From: Convolutriloba macropyga
Lineage: Eukaryota
NCBI RefSeq assembly: GCF_964194025.1
Contig: NC_134472.1
Location: 36,642,001 to 36,706,000, forward strand
Length of the DNA: 64,000 nucleotides
Direction of reading: 5' to 3'
A model generated the notes under the pieces. The model had not been told where the DNA came from. It ran no database searches and saw nothing but the letters and a program-made list of their open reading frames with translations. The number at the start of each line of letters is the position of its first letter. Position 1 is the first letter of the stretch. This document shows, piece by piece, positions 49,790 through 61,989 of this stretch. Both the position numbers and the translations under genes were made by a program.

Positions 49790-52157
49790 CTAAAATGAAA
49801 CATTTAAATTTCAAGACCTTTTACAATCATCCTCTTTTTTCAAGAAATGAAACGTTCGATTTCAATGATGAACAAAAATTTACAAGTTTGATGAGAATAC
49901 GGAATTAAATTTGCTTAAAATAATATTTAATTTTCGTAAACACATCATATTGAGTAAAAACTCCTCAAGGGTATTGATGAACAGGTAGTAAAATTAATAA
50001 TCTGCGTGCTCTGCGCTCCCGTTTTCATCAATCAGTTCACACAATTCTTATGCTCTTCCCCGATCATGGGTGAGGCGGAAAAGTTGCCATTGATTTAAAG
50101 GGAGATTTATAAAACTATGTTTTAAGCGATTGGTTCAACTTCTAGTCAGAAGATGATTCGCACAAAAGCAACTTTGAGCAGGTGTGCGCTCCAGTGTGTC
50201 TGATCAGAAGCCATCAAATTTGTCTGTCCACTAACCGTTTTTTTGCATTCTATTCCTCCTCCAAAAAAACTATTCACAGAAAATTTTACTATCAAAATTC
50301 TAACGGGTTTTTGAAACTGGCTCTGATTTATGGTTCTGTTTCTGATTTGAAAATGGCTCTTCATGGTCATATTCTCCTAATTTTAATTCATTTGAGGAAA
50401 GCAAAATGTACTCCATATATATAATCCCTTTTTCAAAGTAAAAGCTACTTTGTTCGATCAGACTACATCCAGATTCCACATCAGATTCTGGATTTTCCTA
50501 GAACCACGGCACTTTCTCCTAATATCATTGAAAGATTTTGCGTGGTTTTGCTAGTAATCTGTGCTTTTTTCGAGGAGCCGGAAAACACTAAAAATCAGTC
50601 ACACAACTACAGAAACAAAATTCTTTGTATTGCAATGAGGTAAAAACTGTTGCTAGCCCATTAGAAACTTTCAGAAGAAAACTTTCGACAAAATCGAAAA
50701 CTTTCGACTGCTATAAAAAAGTTGCCTTGAGCGAAAACTTCTAGAACCTCTGGAATTATAATTCAAACCGTTCAGCGCGCGTTTTTTTTTCAAAAATTAC
50801 ATCTACTAAAACGTCCACAAAAAACTGCAAGTTTCTGACATCTATGGTGATATTCCCGCTCAAATGCGCATTATCTCTAGCAGGATCATGAAAAAGGGCA
50901 ATTACTTGACAAAAAGTTTGATAACTTAATTTTTTGTACCGCAAAAACACAATATCTAGTGGCGTCTTTGTGACCTACGAAACTGATTTGAGTTCGTTTA
51001 AGCATGTTCTCAAACATTTCAAATGCTTATATTATTTCTATGCAGAAATATGTTCAAAACTAATACGTCGAAATCAGTTTTTTTTGTACAAGATAAAACT
51101 TACGCTGAAACAAGCAAGAACTAATTTTTACAATAGAAAGAGTTCAATTGTAAATATAATTTTGTAATTTTAGTATGAATGGTTTGATTCTTAAGGATTA
51201 GTGAAAAAATAATCGAAATGCAACCAACCAATAATCTTTATTCGTGTGTATGAAAAATTGGGCCAAAATTCGATTAGGCAAACGGAATGTTTATTGCTAT
51301 TATTCAAAAATCCTGAAATAATTCTTTTTGAAAATTAAATTGGGCAAGAACCAAGTAAAATTTTTAATAGAGGTGGTTCATTATCCACTTGACACTATAA
51401 AGTACTCAAATGTCCCTTATATGCGAAAAGTTTGTCAAACTGCAAATATTTTCATATTTTCAATGTTTTGCATCTCTTCTACTCCACTCAGGGGCTTCGT
51501 GGTCAGTGGTTTGGATTTTTAAAATAGTGCAGAAAAAAGTTTAAAGTTACATTTCAATTATAATAATGTAATCAATTAAGAACAACCGTGTTGAAGAAAA
51601 ATGGGAATGAACTTTGGTGGAGTTAGAGTTTGACACTTGTCAATTTTTTAGCTTTTTGTAGGCTATTGTTTATGAGTACAATGGAATCCTTGAAACGACT
51701 CATTTCAATAAACAACACTGAATTATATATCAGAATATTCAAATTTATGCGTGAATCTATTATTGAACTTCTGATTATCGTTTGATTTGACCCATTAAGC
51801 AGTTCGTTCCTATAAATAAAAATAGGGAACGGATATTCCCAATTTTTTGTCTATTTTCATGCTGACATTGCAATAACTCTGTTAGAGTTCTTTTGAAATG
51901 TATTTTTTTCCTTTCGCTATTACATTAAAAGGCAACTTTTTCCACTTTTTGATGCTCTTCAAGATCAAAGATCTTTTAGTCTGCTTAGTGTGCTCTTGCG
52001 TACTCATTATCATCATCTGTTTTGTCCGTTTTATTTTTTGTAGTTTTAGGCAGTTTCCACTATTTTTAAAGTTGTCTGATGTACCACAATGAATGAAGTC
52101 TGTGTGAAAAGTCATTTATAAAGTATATGTACTGCCGAAGCTAGCACACTTGTACTC

Positions 52158-52550
52158 ACTCTTAAAAATGTCCAGGTAAATTTACCTGCAACTTTTGCAG
52201 GTAAGCAAAATTGCAGGTAATATTACCTGCAAAATTACTTGCAAAAATGATGCGGGCGATTTACTTAAAATACGGTACCTAGAATTTACCTGCAAACTCA
52301 AACAACAATATATTAGGTATATTGATTTTCACCTGAAAGAAAAACATTCAAAACTTGTGGTTGATGTTTACATATTATTCGTCAATGGAAGATTAGAATG
52401 ATACAAAGAAAGTTACCTAGAATTTGCGGGTAATTATACCTACCAGGGATTTACTGGGATTTTCCATCTGCAATTTTTACCTGCTATTTTCAGGTAAAAC
52501 TACTTTGTAAAAAGAACTCTATTTTTTAGGTAAAAATTTAGGAGAGTAAC
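52158..52550. mobile_element. Non-autonomous EnSpm/CACTA-like element with TTTACCTGCAA/TTGCAGGTAAA subterminal motifs
   Basis: Starts CACTCTTAAAAA with many copies of the motif in both orientations; right end degenerate. Confidence 0.55.
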
Positions 52551-53122
52551 ACTTCAATCTCTAAGTACATTGGCAAATTTACCAATAATTGCAGGTATTT
52601 GAGGTTGCTTGCAGGTACGTTGCATTGAAGAACAATTTACTTGCAGATTCTAGTTCGCAGATGATCTTTCCATGTGTGTTATATTTGTCGATTCGGCATG
52701 CCGAAGCTAGATGTATAAATAGACTTATTTAAATCACATTAAACACGTTAACGTAAACAAAGGATCCCATTTGGTTGTGAACTTTGTTTTATTTTTTTTC
52801 AACTTTCTAAACTTTGATAATTCTCTGACATCTTTCACATGAATCCGAGAAAACTTGGGCCAAATTTTATAGATAGCTTGGCGTCAACTATTTGCAGCTA
52901 GAACTACCCATAAAATTTTTTGCAGGTAAAATATTAGGAGGGCAACACTGCAATTTCTAGGTACATTGCAGGCAAATTTACCTACAATTGCAGGTATTTG
53001 AGATTTATTGCAGGTAAGTTGCGTTAAATAACAGCTTACTTGCAAATTCTAGGACGCACATGAATTTTCCATGTGATTTATGTACGTCTATTTATACATC
53101 TAGCTGCGGCATGACGAAGCTA

Positions 53123-53181
<59 letters not shown>

Positions 53182-53370
53182 CAAATTAAACACGTTAAGG
53201 TAAATAAAGGATCTAATTTGGTTGTGATTTTTGTTTTATTTTTTCTCATTTTTCTAAATTTTAATAATTTTCTTACATCTTTCGTATGAATCAGAGCAAA
53301 CTTGGGAAGTTGTTGTAAACATGAATCCGTGAAAACTTGCTAATTTTTATGAATAGCTTGGCATCAACTA
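52520..53370 (+). repeat. Tandem duplication of a ~400-bp unit; second copy contains a (TA)n microsatellite at ~53127-53178
   Basis: 52520-52900 is collinear with 52915-53370. Confidence 0.8.
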
Positions 53371-53669
53371 TCTTTTTCATGATTCTGAAAGCAGTTGGAA
53401 CTATAAAACATTAGTCGTCGGGCCAATCTTTTGAATACACCAAACTAAAGGTTGCGAGAGGATCAATATCACAACATGGGGGAACGCGAGGACCAGTAAC
53501 AGTTAGATGACTGCCAATTATTTGTCCAGTAGCAGTTAGACGAGTTGGCCAATGGACCCATGAAAAGAATTTAAATTGATCAAGGAAAAGTCACGTGCGA
53601 ATTTATCAAAACACTGTATGTCGACCGTAACTGATTTTCAGAAGACAGTAGAGCGACTCTTGGGAATTT

Positions 53670-56600
53670 GCTCTGACCTTACCGAGTGGTGCATAATTGT
53701 TGTAATACGTCAAAAAAGCGACAAATGTTAAACGTGCTTTGTTAACTCACAATATTTTAATATGAAAACAATTGTTAGAAGCTTTCAGCGGTAAATGGAT
53801 TCTTAAGTTAAGTGTTCAAATTTTTAATTGCCTTCGCCTATTTACCACAGAAAGTTGAGGGAAAATTTTTGCATTGTGGCACCAAAACCCACTTCTCTTT
53901 TTTTGACTAGTTTTCATCAACGCTTGTTTTGTTTACAACTTTCTTTTGTAGCAGAGAATCCTTTTGTGCCGAATGAACAATTAAAATTTTGAAACACAGC
54001 TTTTTTCTCAAAAAACCGTAATTAAAAAAAAGTTGCCTTTTTTGTATCCCAATGGAACCATAATACAGAATTGAACTGAATAATAATATGAACGCTACAA
54101 AAAACATATCTTCCTGTAGTCTTTTAATCACAATATTTTGTAGTCAAAATTGTAATTTTTTGATATCGCTTTTGATTTTTTTTTAATACTTAAGTGTCTT
54201 TTTTAAATTTTATTAACCATTACTAAGTTGCCGTAGTTTTAAATAGTTGTGATTATTTCAATATATTTCTGTTTATTCTCAAAGCTTGTAAACTTTTACC
54301 TTCCGGTTATATTATTAATTTACGTGGTGTGCAAAAAATTTGAATAATTATACGAAAAAGTTTTACTGAGCAAAAACGGGCCGGAAAAGACCATTTTAAA
54401 ACTTCCACTGGAATTACTACTTAGTTTAAATTCTATAAATGTATTAGATTTGCGATTTAGTTTCCATTAGTTCTAAGCAAAAAGTTTCATTTTTTTTCCA
54501 GAAAATTCCTAAAGCAGTTGGAACTACGAAAACTTTAGTAGCCGGCCCCTATTATAAATACAACACTCTAAAAGTTGCGAGAGGATAAAAAGCACAGCGT
54601 GGGTTAGCGCAAAGACCAGTAACAGTCAGATGATTAATAGTTATGGGTCCAGTAGCAGTTAGACGAGTTGGCCAAAGGTGTTTCCGTTTTCCATTCAGAA
54701 AGGTCTTCTCAAGAGTCCATCTATTGCCTTTTGAGAACCAGTTACTGCCGACATACAGTATTTTCATAAATTCGCACGTAATTTTTCCTTGATCAATTTA
54801 AATTCTTTACATGGGTCCCTTTTAATGAAACAATGGATGTGTTTTTTCCATTAAGTTGCGCTGTGAAGATGACTAGAATTATCTAGAAGTAGAAACAGAA
54901 CCGTACATACTCTAAGAAATCCTGGTTGAAAAAATAGCATATCCCAACATTAAAAATGCGTATGCGTAGATTATTAAACAAACACATGTTTGAAAAAAGA
55001 AATCTTGATTAGAAAAAAAACAGAGATTTTGACCACTTTTATTAAGAAAAAATCTAAGTCATTCTAAAAGAGCTAGATCAAAATTTCTTATTGTTTCGCC
55101 GCATACCATCAATTTTTATGTTAAATTTAATCACTTAGTTACAAGGTTTCGTTAAACAAAACATTGATAGTTGGGAATGGGATATTGAGCAAAGGATTTT
55201 TGTTTTGAAAATTTTGAGCATCAGTTTTGTGGAACAATCGAATTGCAACTAAAAGACTAAAAAACTGTATTTCAGCATCCATTAAAGCTACAGTGTAATG
55301 TAGTGTCGCTAAAAATTGTCTCTACCTGATAACAGCTCACATTCATATTGTGTTTAATATCGTAAATTTGCAGAATTTCAGTTTAAGTCCGTTCAGCAAT
55401 TACGGCAACCTTGTTTTTGAATTTTCCTAACCCCCTAATGTAAATTATTTATGTTAAAGCAATTAACTTTTTTGATTAAGTTCTCGTTGTTTTCCCAAAT
55501 TCTTTTTTTGCCAAACATTTCTGCTTTGACCTTACTAAGTGGTGCATGATTGTTGTAATGGCTCAAAAAAGCGACAAACTTTAAACGTGCTTTGTTAATT
55601 CAAAGTATTTTAATATGAAAACAGTTGTTAGGAGCTTTCTGCGATAAATGGATTCTTAAGTTAAGTGTTCAATTTTTTTATTTGGCTTCGCCTAATTTCC
55701 ACAGAAAGTCATGGCAAAATTTTTCCTTTGCGGCCACAAAACCCCCTTCTCTAATTTTGACGAGTTTTTATGAAAACTTATTTTGTTTACAATTTTCTTT
55801 TGTAGCAGAGAAACCTTTTTTGCCGAATAACCAACTAAAGTTTTGAAAAACAGCCGTTTTCTCAAAAATTTTAATCAAGAAAGGTTGTCACTTTTAGCGC
55901 AATGGAACCATATTACAGAATTGAACTGATTACTAATATAAAAGCTAAGAAGAACTTTTCTTCGTTTTTCCTTTTGCTCAAAATATTTTGTAGTCAAAAC
56001 TGTAATAATTTAATATCGTTTCTGCTCTTGCTATATTTTTAAGAGTTCATTTTCAAATATTACTAACAATCATTTAATTGCCGGAATTTTATATATAGAG
56101 TAACGGACAACTTAATGATAGCATTAATCGACAACCAGAAGATTATTGGATAATTTTGATTACTTCAATTTATATATTTTTTTATTTTCAAGGCATGTAA
56201 ACTTTAATTTTCCGGTTATATTATTAATTTACATGGTGCGCAAAATAAAGAATAATTATACGAAAAAAGTTTTCTGAACAAAAACGGGCGGGAAAGGACC
56301 ATTTTAAAATTTCAACTAGAAATATTTTGTTCAAATTCTATAAATGTATACATTTTGCGACTTAGTTTTATTTAATTTTAAGCAACAATTTCTATTTTTC
56401 CTAGAAAATCTAGGTTTAATAAATCATAGTGTGGACATTTCCAAGGGGACTTTTTGTATTTTTCGACCAATCACTGTTTTATTTCACACTTGGTCAGACC
56501 ACAGATGAACGAATGCACAAAAGTGGTCGTGCGTCCAAAATTACGTGGTCTGTTAAAATTGATAAAAGTTAGGAACTTCTGATGAGCGCCCAAAAATTTG

Positions 56601-58395
56601 GATATGAAAGCACAATGATCTGACCATGAACGCAAAAAATTCTGGGAATGAACGGAAGAAAGTCCGGAAAAAAGCAGGTTCTATTTAGGCATGTTCCGTC
56701 TGGGACGTTCTTGGCATACCGGTTTCCGTCTGACAACTCAGCCTGGGTACCCAACGAATTATTGCTTGATCTTATATTAATTTTTAGAAATGCAATACAG
56801 TTTAGTACGTTTCCTTGAAAATGAATTTCTGCATACGCATGTTGAGGTCCTAGACCAAAAATGAACGCAACGCGTCGTGCGTTCAAAAATATTTATTCAG
56901 GAAATATAGAAAAACGCATGATACCCTGATGAACGAATAAAGTTTTGGATATAATCACTTTGCGTCTGGAAATGTCTGGTCATACTCCCGTGTCGAACAT
57001 TTACCCCCAAAAAGATGCAAGATTGAAAGTTTAGAGGGGTAATCGAGGGAATTTTTAGCAAATTCCCCTCGAAACTCTAACATCTTTTTGGCGGTAATGG
57101 TGGGTAATTGGGTTTGGGGGGGGGGGTAGAATGGTGCAAGAGTACGGGGGTAATTGGGAATTGCCCCTCTGGAAGCGATAATTTGATATCGTTTTTATTC
57201 TTTTCTACATTTTTAAGTGTTCATATTCAAATCCTACTAACAATCACTTAATTGCCGCAATTTTATATATAGAGTAACGAACAACTTAATGGTAGCATTG
57301 ATCAACAACCAGAAGATTATTGGATAATTTTGATTATTTCAATATATATTTCCGATTATTTTCAAGGCATGTAAACTTTAGTTTTCCCGTTATATTATTA
57401 ATTTACATGGTGCGCAAAAAAGTGAATAATTATGCGAAAACAGTTTTCTGAACGAAAACGGGCGTGAAAGAACCATTTTAAAACTTCCACTAGAAATATT
57501 TTGTTCAAATTGTATAAATGTATAAATTTTGCGACTTAGTTTCAATCAATTTTAAGCAACAAAGTTTCTATTTTTTCCTAGAAAATCTAGATTTAAGAAA
57601 TCATAGTGTGGACATCTCCGTGGGACTTTTCCTATTTTTCGACCAATCAGTGATTTAGTTCACCCTTGGTCAGATCACAGATAATCGCATGCATGAGAGG
57701 GGTCGTGCGTCCAAAATTACGTGGTCTGTAAAAATTCATAAAAGGTAGGAACTTCTGATGAACGCCCGAAAATTTGGATATGAAAGCGCAATGATCTGAC
57801 CATGAACGCAAAAGATTCTTGGAATGAACGGAAGAAACTCTGAAAAAAGCAGGTTCTGTTTAGAACGTCCTCTGTTTAGAACGGTTCTGTTTAGAACGTT
57901 CTGTTTAGGCATGTTCCGTCTGGGACGTTCTTGGCATACCAGTTTCCGTCTGACAGCTCAACCTGGGTACCCAACGAATTATTGCTTGATCTTATAATAA
58001 TTTTTAGAAATGCAATACAGTGTAGTACGTTTCATTGAAAATGAATTTCTGCATACGCATGTTGAGGTCCTAGACCAAAAATGAACGCAACGCGCCGTGC
58101 GTTCAAAATTACTTAGTCAGGAAATATAGAAAAACGCATGATACCCTGATGAACGAATGAAGTTCTGGACATAATCACTTTGCATTTGGAAATGTCTGGA
58201 CGTACTCCCGTGTCGAACTTTTACCCCAAAAAGATGCAAGATTGCAAGATTAGGGGGTTAATCGAGGGAATTTTTAGCAAATTCCCCTCAAAACTCTAAC
58301 ATCTTTTTGGGGGTAATAGTGGGTAATTGGGGGTAGGGGAGGGGTGGTAAAATGGTACAAGAGTACGGAGGTAATTGGGAATTGCCCCTTTGAAA
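53670..58395 (+). repeat. Mosaic of local duplications (53670-54500 ~ 55530-56405; 56040-57170 ~ 57205-58395; 53380-53550 ~ 54505-54680)
   Basis: Collinear sequence identity visible by eye. Confidence 0.85.
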
Positions 58396-58913
58396 GCCCT
58401 GATCTTGCATTGCTTTAGCCACCCATACGCGAAGACTTACACTCTTGAACCCGCAACCTCTGTACTCTCAGCCGGTTCTCCTTAGCCTCCAAGACATCAA
58501 TGCTTGTCCAATTTTTCACGGTCCATCTATATGAATCTACTCCCCATTACCATCATTACCTCCTTATCTTACATCGTTTTACCCCCTAAAATTACCCCCC
58601 CCCCCTTATCTTACTTTTTTTGGGGGGGGGGGGTAATTTTTGGTGGGTGAAATATAAAAAAATTCCCCCGTTACTCCCGATTACCCCCATAATCCTCCTT
58701 ATCTTACATCGTTTTACCCTCCTAAAATTAACCCCCTAATCGTACATTGTGGAGTAATTTTAGGGGGCAAAATATGCAAGAATATCACATTACTCCCCAA
58801 TACCCCCATAACCCCCCTTAACTTACATCGTTTTACCGCCATAAACAATAACCCCCTACGCTTTGATCAGTTTTGGGGAGTAATCAGGGGGCGGGGGGTA
58901 ATTTCGACACGGG
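58207..58913. mobile_element. Complete non-autonomous TIR element (CCC...GGG ends, 2-bp CT target-site duplication), CMC/EnSpm-like
   Basis: ct|CCCGTGTCGAA ... TTCGACACGGG|ct, with internal TTACCCC/GGGGTAA repeats. Truncated copy at 56987-57170. Confidence 0.8.
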
Positions 58914-60166
58914 CTTGATTTCACTCTGGCACCACATTGGGCACCACAACTATGGATGCTTTTCTGGTCGACCTGAAGTCGGGTATATGGTCCACTTGAA
59001 ATATTTTCACACCCATTTCGTATCGAGTGACGTGTTTTCATTAAACGACCGTCATCTAGGGAAAGTTAACATACCTATCTGTACAATATCTTTTGGCCTG
59101 TTTCGCATCTTTAAATCCGTCGTTTGATTCGACGAGAAACACTCTAAATTTTTCTCGTGTGAATTACACAAAAAATCGTGTATTTTTACCCAATTTCTCG
59201 TGTGAAAACGGACACACGAGTTTGCGCTCATTTACACGAGAAATAGTGTATTTCCACACGATTTTCTTGGGCTTAACCATAAGATTTTTCATGTGAATCA
59301 CACGATAAATCGTGTAAAAAACACACGATTTTTCACGTGTTTCCGTCAGAATTTCATGTGAAAGATCACACGAAAAATCGTGTAAGAACACATGATTTTT
59401 TGGTTACTTTCACACGAAAAACGTCGTGAAATTTACACGATTTATCGTGTGATTCATAGGAAAAATCGTATGGTTAAGCCAGAGAAAATCGTGTGGAAAT
59501 AAACGATTTCTCGTGTAAATGAGCCTAAAATCGTGTGTCCGTTTTCACACGAGAAATCGGGTAAAAATACACGATTTTTCAGGAGATTTTACATGAATTC
59601 TCGTGTAAATATTTTTTTTCAATTCTGAAACTAAAAATCTGGTTTTTCGTAATGAATTTTGACTAAGCAAACGCCGAACAACCCCTATCGATTCTGAAAA
59701 CAGGAATTACGCAGTCAATTGGTTTCGCTCTGAGTTTTCTTTAACGCTTTTCAAAAGAGCTTGTCCAAAAATGGGCAAATAATACGGAAGCTTGAAAGTT
59801 AATAAAAGCATTATAGGAAGAACCACAACTGGAATGAGCTAACGCAGCATGCCCTCTCTTATTCTAAAAAAGCAAGGAGTAAGACAGTCAATTAGATTAG
59901 CATTAGCGATAATTTCAGGTATCATAAAACAGAAATAATAAAGTTGCATCAAAATTTTGTTGGGTTCTCGCTGGTTGGTTATAACAGCGAACTTATAAAG
60001 ATGCATCAAATATTTATTGGTCTCTCGCTGTTGGTCAAAATTATTGTCTCATCAAATCAATTCAATTCTGGAAGCTTTCAATCTAATCTTTTGACCAATT
60101 ATGCCAATAAGACAACCAGACGAACAAAAACAACAAATAACCACAGCAGTCAGTTGAAAACTATTT

Positions 60167-60436
60167 TCAATTTTCATGGGTTACGATTTGAATACGTTCA
60201 CAATCAGCGCAAGAGGATAGGTCTTCACTCAGGTAAAATCTAGGCACAAGTTCCTTGCATTTTGGGCATAAAAAGAAACAAGTGTCCCGAACAACCTCAT
60301 CCACGTTTTGCCTGCAAATAAGGCACTTCGGTAGAAAGCAAGCCACATGATCGCCGAACTGACCAGAGTGGATGATCAAAGCATCGTCTGCAAGTTTCTC
60401 CAAACAAAACGGGCACTCTGCGTTTCGTTGCATCAT
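60167..60436 (-). CDS. Small RING-like/zinc-finger ORF inside the CACTA element
   Basis: CPFC..H..DHVACF..CLICRQNVDEVV (MDM2/IAP-type RING pattern, apparently internally shortened), then CPKC..CADC. Confidence 0.5.
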   Translation of the reverse strand: MMQRNAECPFCLEKLADDALIIHSGQFGDHVACFLPKCLICRQNVDEVVRDTCFFLCPKCKELVPRFYLSEDLSSCADCERIQIVTHEN

Positions 60437-60442
60437 TTTTAT

Positions 60443-61527
60443 AGAGAATTAGTTAAGAAACTTGGTTTTAAAAACTATGCAAGATTTGGTCAATTTTATG
60501 GCCCAAACCCATCAAAATCATAAGAAGCTGGTCATTTTTATGGCCCAGCTGCATCTAAGTATCTCAAAAAAAAGAAAAAGGGAAATCTACAGACACCAGC
60601 ATAGGGCAAGTTTACCGCCAGAGCTCTAAAGTCCTCCGGAAAATTAACAAAGCTTGTATTTAAAAAGAAACAGAGCTTGCAGTTATCACAGACCAGCATC
60701 ATCACAGAATGGCAACAAAAAGTTTTGATTTCGAAAAAAATGGTTTTTCTGAATTTTGAGAAAGAATAATTTTAATTCAAACGGGAAAAATTCACGTTAG
60801 TTTGAGCAGATTTCATAAGCATTTACTTCGCGTCAACTTCATCTAATAACAAACATCTAATGTTAGCCATATTTGTGGCTCAACGCCGATGAGGATTTCT
60901 TAAAGTAAAAAACAGTATCCTTCAACTGGTCATTTTTATGGCCCAGTTTTGCTACCAAAATTTGGGTTGAACAAGAGAATTAGTTGAGAAACGTGGTTTT
61001 AAAAACTATGCAGGGTTTGGTCAATTTTATGGCCCATAACCATCAAAATCACAAAAAGAAACGAATACTCAACGAAGCTGGTCATTTTTATGGCCCAGCT
61101 GCATCTGAGTATCTCAAAAAAGAAAAAGGGAAATCTACAGACACCAGCATAGAGCAAGTTTACCGCCAGAGCTCTAAAGTCCTCCGGAAAATTAACAAAG
61201 CTTTTTTTAACAAGAATCAGAGCTTGAAGTTATCACAGACCGGCTTCATCACAGAATGGCAACAAAGTGTTGATTTCGAAAAAAAAACAAAAATTTTTCT
61301 GAATTTTGAGAGCCAATAGTTTTAATTCAAACAGGAAAGATTCACGTTTGTTTGAGCAGATATTATAAGCATTTACTTCGGGTCAATTTTATCTAATAAC
61401 ACACATCCAAAGATAGCCATATTTGTGGCCCAACCCCGATAAGGATTTCTTCAAGTAAAAAACAGAATCCTTCCATTGGTCATTTTTATAGCCCTGTTTT
61501 GCTATCAAAATTTGGGATAAACAAGAG
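60443..61527 (+). repeat. Tandem duplication of a ~530-550-bp unit with repeated GGTCATTTTTATGGCCCA motifs
   Basis: Units start AGAGAATTAGTT at 60443 and ~60975. Confidence 0.9.
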
Positions 61528-61989
61528 TGAAAGCAATGAATTAACTATGACCTCATTTCTAGTTTCAAGCCCATTGCCCTATTTTGCAATAGACTAAACG
61601 CCTTTACTATCAGTTCTTAAAAAAGCTATCATGGGATTCGCGTACAAAAAAAGCTCACCTTCTTTTTTTTCCACACACTTGTGTACATCAATCGGCCATT
61701 AATAAGCAACGAAGAGGACTGTGTTCTAGCTCTTTTAACTCCGGTGTTCTTTAGCATTATCTGAAAAGAACTTTCGAATTAATTATTGCTCAACATAATA
61801 ATTCACATTGATAAGAAAAAACGGCATTGAAAACATCTTTGATTATTGAACGCAAACAAATATGCAAATCAAAAGTTTCAGTATATATATAGAGAGTATG
61901 GAAAAATGTTGACTCAAGCATAGACGATACTAAACAGATTTTAATAAGCAGAAGCATTTCCGTTGAAAACTACTTATATACCGATAAAT

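Noticed and set aside
49985-50640. Candidate upstream exons or signal peptide for the lectin gene
   Set aside because: No combination of open frame, splice sites and CTLD N-terminal motif could be supported by eye.
59140-59620. CRISPR-like or iteron-like short repeats
   Set aside because: Irregular spacing, both orientations, no unique spacers and a eukaryotic context; explained as transposon subterminal repeats.
60984-61319. 111-aa ORF
   Set aside because: Lies in a tandem duplicate whose other copy is frameshifted; no domain features.
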